A stretch of DNA of 12,065 nucleotides, from positions 1 to 12,065 of the forward strand of contig JBDRHK010000021.1 of the NCBI GenBank assembly GCA_043816965.1. The letters run 5' to 3'. The DNA comes from Candidatus Iainarchaeum sp. GTDB taxonomy: Archaea > Iainarchaeota > Iainarchaeia > Iainarchaeales > JAFCCJ01. Positions 5,539-12,065 of this stretch are shown in pieces. How positions within the stretch are numbered: position 1 is the first letter of the stretch; each line of letters opens with the position of its first letter. The translations under genes and the position numbers were made by a program. The notes under the pieces are model-generated. The model saw nothing but the letters and a program-made list of their open reading frames with translations. It ran no database searches and had not been told where the DNA came from.

Positions 5539-6180
5539 ATGTCACGCAGGAAAGGTAGAAATGCACTTGGCAAGATGAGACCTAAAGAGCTATTTAATCG
5601 AAGACAAGGCATTATATTTATTAATAATGCGATTAGTGCAATAAAAGAGCAAACAAGCAAAATCACTGCAGAAATAATTGCGTTGGAGAAAAAAAATCAA
5701 GATACTGAAAGAGGGATTAAAGAATGGCAAAAGGGCAATCTACCTCTGGCTGAGAAACAAGCAGCAAATTTGATAATTGGGAATTTCTTAAAACTTCAGG
5801 TGATCGCACTTAAAGGAAAAAGAATCACAAAAATTAGAGAAATTCTTAAATCTAGAAAGGTACCTGAGGAGTATGTTTTGGAAATAATTCGGGAATCGTT
5901 ATATTTGGATAAGGATTTAATTGTTCAATACTCGCGCTCTAAAAGATCTTCTAACTGGTTATTAGAAGCTTCAGAAGATCAATACAAGTCGGTGGATTTT
6001 TCAAATGCTGCTGATAAAAAGCTAAATGAAGTAATGGGTGACCTTTCTAAACCCGAAAAAGATCGATTCATAGCATATTTAAGTAAATTCGGTGTTGAAG
6101 TAAAAGAGATGAAGAATAAAACGGGGGAGGATGTATGGCAGATTCGAACACATCAATTATTTTCGAAGCAGGGCAGCTGA
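5539..6180 (+). CDS. Hypothetical AT-rich helical protein with an Arg/Lys-rich N-terminus
   Basis: 213-aa ORF starting MSRRKGRNALGKMRPK; no recognisable motif; overlaps the HD gene by 46 nt. Confidence 0.7.
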   Translation: MSRRKGRNALGKMRPKELFNRRQGIIFINNAISAIKEQTSKITAEIIALEKKNQDTERGIKEWQKGNLPLAEKQAANLIIGNFLKLQVIALKGKRITKIREILKSRKVPEEYVLEIIRESLYLDKDLIVQYSRSKRSSNWLLEASEDQYKSVDFSNAADKKLNEVMGDLSKPEKDRFIAYLSKFGVEVKEMKNKTGEDVWQIRTHQLFSKQGS

Positions 6181-6698
6181 AAAGAATTAGGAGAAGTGGC
6201 TGGCTGCTTGCGGGAATTGAGAATCCGGAAACTGTTGCCGAGCATTCCTACAGAGCTGCGCTTATTGGTTTTCTTCTTGCGGAGAAGATGGGGCTGGATT
6301 CAGGGAAAGTTATGAAAATGCTGCTGTTCCATGATTTGCCTGAGGCAAGGATAGGGGACCATAATAAGCTGCAGGCAAGGTATGTTGATTTGGGCGATGC
6401 TGAAATGAAAGCTGCTGAAGAGCAGGCGAAATTGATGGGTGAATTTGGCGCAGGATATTTGGAACTGCTAAAGGAGTTTAATGAAGGGCAAAGTTCGGAG
6501 GCGGTTCTTGCGCAGGATGTTGATAAGCTGGAGTGCGCAATTCAGGCAAAGGAGTATTTGGATATTGGTTACTCGCGTTGTGAGGACTGGCTGAACAATA
6601 TTGGGAAGGGGCTGAAAACCAAGGAGTGTAAGGAAATTTTCGCGGAATTGCGAAAGGGGAATAGTTACACTTGGTGGAATGGGCTGAAGAAATTGTGA
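6135..6698 (+). CDS. HD-domain phosphohydrolase, YfbR/HDDC2-like 5'-deoxynucleotidase family
   Basis: LKRIRRSGW...ETVAEHSYR...LLFHDLPEARIGD...SSEAVLAQDVDKLE; SD GGGGAGG upstream of the ATG. Confidence 0.92.
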   Translation: MADSNTSIIFEAGQLKRIRRSGWLLAGIENPETVAEHSYRAALIGFLLAEKMGLDSGKVMKMLLFHDLPEARIGDHNKLQARYVDLGDAEMKAAEEQAKLMGEFGAGYLELLKEFNEGQSSEAVLAQDVDKLECAIQAKEYLDIGYSRCEDWLNNIGKGLKTKECKEIFAELRKGNSYTWWNGLKKL

Positions 6699-6720
6699 TT
6701 CCGCATTAATTATTTTTACC

Positions 6721-8046
6721 TTAATTTGTTATTAAAATCCATTTCTTAAATCTTCCTTCCTTGCCAACGCATTCTATAATGTTTTTCGACCGCATATATT
6801 CAAGGTCGGAAACAACTGTTTTAAATTTCCTCCTTGTTTCAGACACTATATCTTTTGAAGTAAATGCTGTTCTACATTTCCCAATATCCGAAATAGTTGT
6901 AATAAAATTCGGTATTCTTTGATTTCTGCCGCAAGAACTGTTTTTGTATTTTCCAAGCAATTCTTTTAATTTATGGCCCTTAACCGAAGTATATCTTATT
7001 AGATTATATATGGATTCCATATTATTTTTCCCATGAACGATTAGATTCCACGAAGAACAGAGATCAAGATTTCTTTTTAGATAGATTTTTTCCAGGTTTA
7101 ATCTGGAATTTACTCCGATATTTTCCAATAAATGCTGGACAGAAATCAAAATCAGGGGAGGGTCTTCTCTAATTTTTTTAACTATGCCGGGATTTTCTTT
7201 TTGTGAAATTTGGTAAATGAAAGTAGTATTGCAGACCGGCAGAATCTTCATGTTTTCAATTTTGAGGTTAGAATCATCAAATTTATGACGATTATTCTGA
7301 GATATTCTGATGACTCTTCTATAAACGTTTCCTTCAGTGTCAATTAACGCCGCCAAAAAATTACCTAGAAAAGAAATATTTGTTTCCTCAAAAACCCATT
7401 TAGGCAAAGGATTGTTTGAATCTATCTGTTTAGTTGAAATTTCAAATCCGGCTAACTTAATTATCTGTGAAGCGATTTTTCCAACCGATATCTCTTTCAT
7501 ATTGTCTCTCTTATCGCGCACTTTACAAGTAAAACCAAACGAATTAAATTTGGTTTCTGCAAGATTGAGTAAAGTGTTATTTGTGTTCGTAAAACAGAAA
7601 GAGCCTAAATAAGAATCGAAAGAAAGGCCCAATATGTAAGCAAATAATGGGTCCCTTAAATCGAGCGGAAACTTTGCTTTTAAAACGCTGTGGTTGCCTT
7701 TTCCACTTTTAATCAATATGGCTTCTTTTTCTATTAAATCAAAATTAAAATCTAGGGAGTAGTGCTTTATGTACCATTTAACAGTTCTTAGTGTTTTTAC
7801 CGAAAGAGTTTGGGACTTTCCTTTTAAATAGTCATTTATGACATATAGGTTTCGCTTATTTTTTCTATGAAGATGATCTAGCCCATATTTCTCCGAAAGA
7901 TGGCAATAAATGTATTCTAACAATAGTTTTCCATTTTTCGAAAATCTGACTAAAAAATGTTCGGGAAAATCAGTTGGTTTGATTATGTACTTCCCTCTCT
8001 TTTGAGACCAAGCACGATATAGTCTTTTTAAATGTTCTTTATCCAT
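6721..8046 (-). CDS. Free-standing LAGLIDADG (intein/DOD-type) endonuclease-like protein with a C-terminal winged helix
   Basis: Second motif FLAALIDTEG preceded by LPKWVF; degenerate first motif FPLDL..PLFAYILGLSFD; block-H-like VQHLLENIGVNSR; C-terminal FTSKDIVSETRRKFKTVVSDLEYMRSKNIIECVG. Confidence 0.8.
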   Translation of the reverse strand: MDKEHLKRLYRAWSQKRGKYIIKPTDFPEHFLVRFSKNGKLLLEYIYCHLSEKYGLDHLHRKNKRNLYVINDYLKGKSQTLSVKTLRTVKWYIKHYSLDFNFDLIEKEAILIKSGKGNHSVLKAKFPLDLRDPLFAYILGLSFDSYLGSFCFTNTNNTLLNLAETKFNSFGFTCKVRDKRDNMKEISVGKIASQIIKLAGFEISTKQIDSNNPLPKWVFEETNISFLGNFLAALIDTEGNVYRRVIRISQNNRHKFDDSNLKIENMKILPVCNTTFIYQISQKENPGIVKKIREDPPLILISVQHLLENIGVNSRLNLEKIYLKRNLDLCSSWNLIVHGKNNMESIYNLIRYTSVKGHKLKELLGKYKNSSCGRNQRIPNFITTISDIGKCRTAFTSKDIVSETRRKFKTVVSDLEYMRSKNIIECVGKEGRFKKWILITN

Positions 8047-8139
8047 ATGTTTTGTGGATTTAATTCATTTAAAAATGAAGCTCCAAGAGTAGATTTCCGG
8101 TGCGAAATTATTTGAATTATAAATTCAGGAGGCGATAAA

Positions 8140-8475
8140 TTGTTACCTGGAATGGGAAATATGAACCCTAAACAACTTAAATCTGCAATGAGGCAATTCG
8201 GCATAAAAACCGAGGAAATTGATGCCAAAAGGGTTGTTTTTGAGTTAGATGGGAAGAATCTGGTTATTGACAATCCTGAGGTTACTGCAATGATAATTCA
8301 GGGGAAGAAAACCTATACTGTTATGGGGGATGCGAAAGAAGAAGCTGGCAGCGTTCCTGAAGAAGATGTGAAGATGGTTGCAGAGCAGGCAGGAGTTAGC
8401 GAGAAAGAGGCTAAGGAAGCGCTTGAGGCTGCCGGCGGGGATATTGCTGAAGCAATTACAAAACTTAAGGGATGA
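8140..8475 (+). CDS. nac: Archaeal nascent polypeptide-associated complex protein (NAC domain plus UBA-like domain)
   Basis: MNPKQLKSAMRQFGIKTEEIDAKRVV...IDNPEV...QGKKTYTVMG and EEDVKMVAEQAGVSEKEAKEALEAAGGDIAEAI; SD GGAGG at 8128-8132 with a TTG start. Confidence 0.96.
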   Translation: MLPGMGNMNPKQLKSAMRQFGIKTEEIDAKRVVFELDGKNLVIDNPEVTAMIIQGKKTYTVMGDAKEEAGSVPEEDVKMVAEQAGVSEKEAKEALEAAGGDIAEAITKLKG

Positions 8476-8580
8476 CTTCCACATAGTTCTTATCTGCCTT
8501 AAACCGCTAAAAAGGCACATTTATTAACAAGAATAAATATATTACTTAACAATTAATTCCACAATGCGGGGTGAAATTTG

Positions 8581-10821
8581 ATGGTTAAGGGAGTATTTTC
8601 GGTTTTTCTTTTTTCGATTTTTCTGGTTTTATTAATTGCGGGGAATGCATCAGCCCTGGGCTGCGAAAGGCAGATTACTTATGACCCTGCAGCAGGGGAT
8701 GGATGGAATACGGACCCTGCAATTTATGGCGATGATCCGGTAATTGCTTGGGTCGATTATTATGAAGGTTCTGATGCTGGCGATAATATTAACATCATGG
8801 CCTGTGATTCAGCACTAAACGGCAGCACCGGAGGGTGCCTTAATGGGGATGCTAAGACAGTTATAGCTGCAGATATGGGAATAGTTGGAAACGGATGTTA
8901 TTTTGATCCAGTTATTTATGAGGACAGGATAGTTTGGTTGGACTCCAGAGACGGGTGTTGGAATATGGGGATTTATATGCATGAGGCAGGGGTTGACGGA
9001 ATAATTGGTACTGCTGATGATGTTGCAAACAAGATAACTGATGATCATATCATAATTCGTAATCCCGACATCTATGAGAACAGGATAGTTTGGTGGACTG
9101 TCCAAGTGGATATTGAAATCCACATGTATGATTTTGGCCCTAATGGGGAATTTGACGGTGGCGGGGATGATGTTCAGTCAATTCTCGTGTCTAGCCCATT
9201 TGCAAATTATAGATATCCTCATATTTGGGGGGATAAGGTTGCCTATTTATCCGGGGGCATGGGGTGGGATGCTACCGTATATGTTTATGAAATTTCTTCT
9301 GGCACTACAACACAAGTAACATCAGGCGCTGAAAGGGCAAACTTTTTTGAATTAGATATTTATGAAGACATTATTGTGTGGGAGGATCAGGATAGTGGGC
9401 AGATATATATGTGTGATTGGAGCTTGAATGGTGATCCAGGCGGCGGAGGATGTTTTGAGATGGATGCAAAAACACCAATAAGTGCCGCTGGCAATCCGGC
9501 AAACTCGCCGAGAATACATGGCAATACAGTGACCTGGGAAGAGAATGATGGCGGATTCTACCGTCTCTTTAGCTGTGATTTGAGCATAGCGGCAGGCAGC
9601 CCAAGAGCATGCGATCCAGGGTTTGCGGAGCCATTGGCACCAGTTACAGGGGGAGGGAACGCGGAAATTTATGAAGATACAGTTGTTTTTTCGAGCTATC
9701 CGGAGATATTCATGACAGACCTCTCAATGCCGGAGTGCATTCCTAACTGCAGCATTGCAATTAATCCCAGCACTGTTGCCAGCGGGACTTCCACAACTGT
9801 TGAGAATATTTCATATTATGATTACTATGGCTCGGTTCCTGAGATGTCGATTGATTGCGATGATGGCGACGGCAGCGATGACCCTGCTGCAATTGCCTGC
9901 ACAGGAAGGCCTGTTGGAACATGCCCTAACCAAAGCTGCGGGCCCTATACTGCAGACGGGAGAGTGGTTGCGACAATAACCAATGGAGTAGATAGTTGTG
10001 ACCCTTGGAAAGATGTTGATGTTCCTGGTTCCGTTGCCTATGATGTGGAGGTAATTGTTGATATGGCCAAACAGGGAGGGGGGGCCACAAGCAATTTTAC
10101 CACAGACAATACTATGGATCTTGAAGTTACAGTAAAAAACAATGCTGCCGCGCTTGGCGGTGTTGATGAAGACATGGCCTATCTGCAGGCCTGTCCTGTT
10201 GGCGATGTTGTCCTGTATGCGGAAGTTGTCGACAGCGGCGCAGCCTTTGTGGAAACTATATTTAATGATGCCTGCCTCGGGGATGTTTCAGGGGGGACTG
10301 CGGTAATCGAGAATGCAATAATCGGCCTCTCAGGCTATGCTGCGGGAGATTATGCCCTGAATATTGATGTTACAACCCCTGATGGGGGAATTGTTTCTGA
10401 ATCTGTGCCCTTTTCAGTTAGCCAGGGGACGGGCATAAGAATCAGCATCTTTGAGATGAACGGCAAGGAAAATAGCGTTAATATCAATGCAACAGAAGAA
10501 AACGTCACTGTGAACATCAGGGTGGTTTCTTCCCGCATGGCAAGCAGTGTTGTCCTCAGCAGCAATCTGCCAACATTTGATGGCTTGATACTAAGCAGCT
10601 TAGATGGGTTGACATTTACAGGGAGTGTGGTTGTTGACAAAGGGACTGCAAATGGCCTTTACTCTGTATCGGCAACAGCAGATGATCTCACCACCCAGGT
10701 TTCTAAGGGGATTGCATTAACAATTGGCAGCAGGAGATCTGTTGCTGTTCCGGAGATTTCACTGGCTTTGGTGGTTTTAACAATCATCGGGGCTGTTTTT
10801 ATAATCCAGAAATTCAGCTGA
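8581..10821 (+). CDS. Secreted cell-surface protein: signal peptide, 7-bladed beta-propeller, Ig-like beta domains, C-terminal PEF-CTERM-like anchor
   Basis: Signal peptide ending ASA; seven P-x-I-[YWH]-x-[DN]-x-[IV]-V-W repeats of the methanogen beta-propeller type; acidic and Cys-rich; ends VPEISLALVVLTIIGAVFIIQKFS. SD GGGGTGA at 8568-8574 favours ATG 8581. Confidence 0.88.
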   Translation: MVKGVFSVFLFSIFLVLLIAGNASALGCERQITYDPAAGDGWNTDPAIYGDDPVIAWVDYYEGSDAGDNINIMACDSALNGSTGGCLNGDAKTVIAADMGIVGNGCYFDPVIYEDRIVWLDSRDGCWNMGIYMHEAGVDGIIGTADDVANKITDDHIIIRNPDIYENRIVWWTVQVDIEIHMYDFGPNGEFDGGGDDVQSILVSSPFANYRYPHIWGDKVAYLSGGMGWDATVYVYEISSGTTTQVTSGAERANFFELDIYEDIIVWEDQDSGQIYMCDWSLNGDPGGGGCFEMDAKTPISAAGNPANSPRIHGNTVTWEENDGGFYRLFSCDLSIAAGSPRACDPGFAEPLAPVTGGGNAEIYEDTVVFSSYPEIFMTDLSMPECIPNCSIAINPSTVASGTSTTVENISYYDYYGSVPEMSIDCDDGDGSDDPAAIACTGRPVGTCPNQSCGPYTADGRVVATITNGVDSCDPWKDVDVPGSVAYDVEVIVDMAKQGGGATSNFTTDNTMDLEVTVKNNAAALGGVDEDMAYLQACPVGDVVLYAEVVDSGAAFVETIFNDACLGDVSGGTAVIENAIIGLSGYAAGDYALNIDVTTPDGGIVSESVPFSVSQGTGIRISIFEMNGKENSVNINATEENVTVNIRVVSSRMASSVVLSSNLPTFDGLILSSLDGLTFTGSVVVDKGTANGLYSVSATADDLTTQVSKGIALTIGSRRSVAVPEISLALVVLTIIGAVFIIQKFS

Positions 10822-10823
10822 TT

Positions 10824-12065
10824 TTATTTTTCGGCCGCGATTACATAGAGGGCCTTATCTCTTGACCCAACTACAGTTATTTCCAGCTCAATTTTATCCC
10901 CTGCCGCATGCGAGAGGGAAATATCTGCATCGAAAAATCCCTCCTCAAGAATGTAGGTTTTATTTGTGTCAAGGTCTGTAAAACTCTCCCCTGCAAATTC
11001 ACCAATTGCATTAATCTTAACTCCTGTAACCCCTGCTGTTTCAAGGAACTGCTTAAGGTCAGGCGCAACCAGTTCCATATCCCTCCCTGAGAGTTCAGAA
11101 CTTCCTGAGATTGAGCCTGTTGGTTCAATCAATTCCTTAACCCCAAAGTTGATAAATTCCAACTGGGCGAGCAAATCGGATTTTATCTTACTGTAATCGG
11201 CATCTTCACCATAACTGAAATTCACGAAGAACTTATTCGTGTCCAGGGAATAGTAAGGGTCGTTTAGTTCCGGCAGTTCCTCAATCGCCATTTCCAAATC
11301 AGGCTGCAATTGCTGGTAGTCGCCATCAAGCATTACCGTAAAAAATGCCGCAGCAGGAGTTATGGAAGCTTCAGAGGAGCTAATTCCGTCCAACTGGGTT
11401 ATTGAATTCTCCAGCGTGTTTTTGTCCAGTTCCAAATCATAAGGGGTTTTCCCGGAAAATTTTAACGTTTCCTTAACAGAGGAAAGTTCATATTCCCCGC
11501 TGAACGAAATCTGGGTTGGAGCTGCAGTCAGGTTTTGTTCCTCATATGAAATAATGCTGTAAATCTGTTCCCCTGCAAAATCAGACTCGATTGTAAGTGT
11601 TAGTTCATCCCCCTGCAATGTTTCCCTTGAGAAATAGGCCTGCACAAGCGGATTATCAAACCTGTATATCTTTGTCATTTCAAGATCAGGGTTTGTTAAA
11701 GTGATTTCCTGCGGAACATTAACCAAACCTACCCCAAAACCGTCAATCTCAGCAAGGGCAGGGACATTTTCCCCAATCCTTTCTATCGCATCATTAATGG
11801 TCAGCTCCTTGTCAAAACTTATGTTGGCAACATATACAAGCTTGCTGGAAAGCGTGGTTCCAGATTCCTGCCTGAAATAGGAGTTAACCTTGTCAATTCC
11901 CTCAACACTGAAAACCGCCCTGTCAATTTCATCAATTATTATCTCATTTGTTGAGGCAGTCATAAGCATTTGCGGGAATATCTGGACCACATTGCCGTCG
12001 ATTCCTGAAGCGACAAAGTGTAATTTTGTCGGGTTGTTTATTGTTAGGTCATTAGGCACTTGCGG
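10824..12065 (-). CDS. Acidic hypothetical protein, 5'-truncated by the window (probably extracytoplasmic)
   Basis: The frame is open to the window edge (CCG CAA precede the GTG at 12059). More than 411 aa, Asp/Glu-rich, alpha/beta pattern, no recognisable motif. Confidence 0.8.
   Translation of the reverse strand, partial: PQVPNDLTINNPTKLHFVASGIDGNVVQIFPQMLMTASTNEIIIDEIDRAVFSVEGIDKVNSYFRQESGTTLSSKLVYVANISFDKELTINDAIERIGENVPALAEIDGFGVGLVNVPQEITLTNPDLEMTKIYRFDNPLVQAYFSRETLQGDELTLTIESDFAGEQIYSIISYEEQNLTAAPTQISFSGEYELSSVKETLKFSGKTPYDLELDKNTLENSITQLDGISSSEASITPAAAFFTVMLDGDYQQLQPDLEMAIEELPELNDPYYSLDTNKFFVNFSYGEDADYSKIKSDLLAQLEFINFGVKELIEPTGSISGSSELSGRDMELVAPDLKQFLETAGVTGVKINAIGEFAGESFTDLDTNKTYILEEGFFDADISLSHAAGDKIELEITVVGSRDKALYVIAAEK

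Noticed and set aside
6721..8046. Intein or group I/archaeal intron host for the LAGLIDADG ORF
   Set aside because: No N-terminal Cys/Ser block A or His-Asn-Cys/Ser/Thr junction (it ends ITN-stop), both flanking genes are intact, and the flanks (22 and 93 nt) leave no room for an RNA gene.
4667..8107. TTTCCGGTGCG repeated at 4667-4677 and 8094-8104 (13/14 match), both intergenic
   Set aside because: An 11-bp repeat is expected by chance in 12 kb, and the enclosed region contains ordinary genes with no recombinase.
710..11196. Short alternative-frame or antisense ORFs in the track (e.g. 710-961, 1676-1948, 2894-3169, 5085-5486, 7337-7612, 8815-9123, 10350-10640, 10908-11090)
   Set aside because: They lie within well-supported genes and show no motifs or start signals; shadow ORFs.
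1..12065. CRISPR array, rRNA or tRNA genes, alternative genetic code
   Set aside because: No regularly spaced repeats or RNA-gene signatures were seen, and conserved proteins are full-length under the standard code, with TGA and TAA ending genes normally.

Overview
Gene-dense archaeal chromosome segment. The evidence for archaea is Hel308, archaeal NAC, BRE/TATA promoters and GGTG-type Shine-Dalgarno (SD) sites; a DPANN lineage such as Diapherotrites/Iainarchaeota is an inference. From left to right it contains: the probable left end of an IS66-family element; a CmtR-like ArsR regulator, thioredoxin reductase and an unannotated 33-aa ORF; Hel308; a co-oriented minus-strand module (60-aa ORF, RHH-wHTH regulator, small PC4-like putative ssDNA-binding protein); two hypothetical proteins; an HD-domain nucleotidase; an AT-rich free-standing LAGLIDADG-wHTH gene; NAC; a secreted seven-bladed beta-propeller surface protein with a PEF-CTERM-like tail; and a 5'-truncated acidic protein. 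The most unusual feature is a ~165-bp GC-rich non-coding element (4647-4810) directly upstream of the PC4-like gene. Its minus strand folds into hairpins with DNA-type signatures (GCGAAGC mini-hairpin, C-GAA-G triloops, tandem G.A mismatches), and its closing stem overlaps that gene's BRE/TATA. This suggests an element that works as single-stranded DNA. All family assignments come from motif recognition by eye, not database searches.
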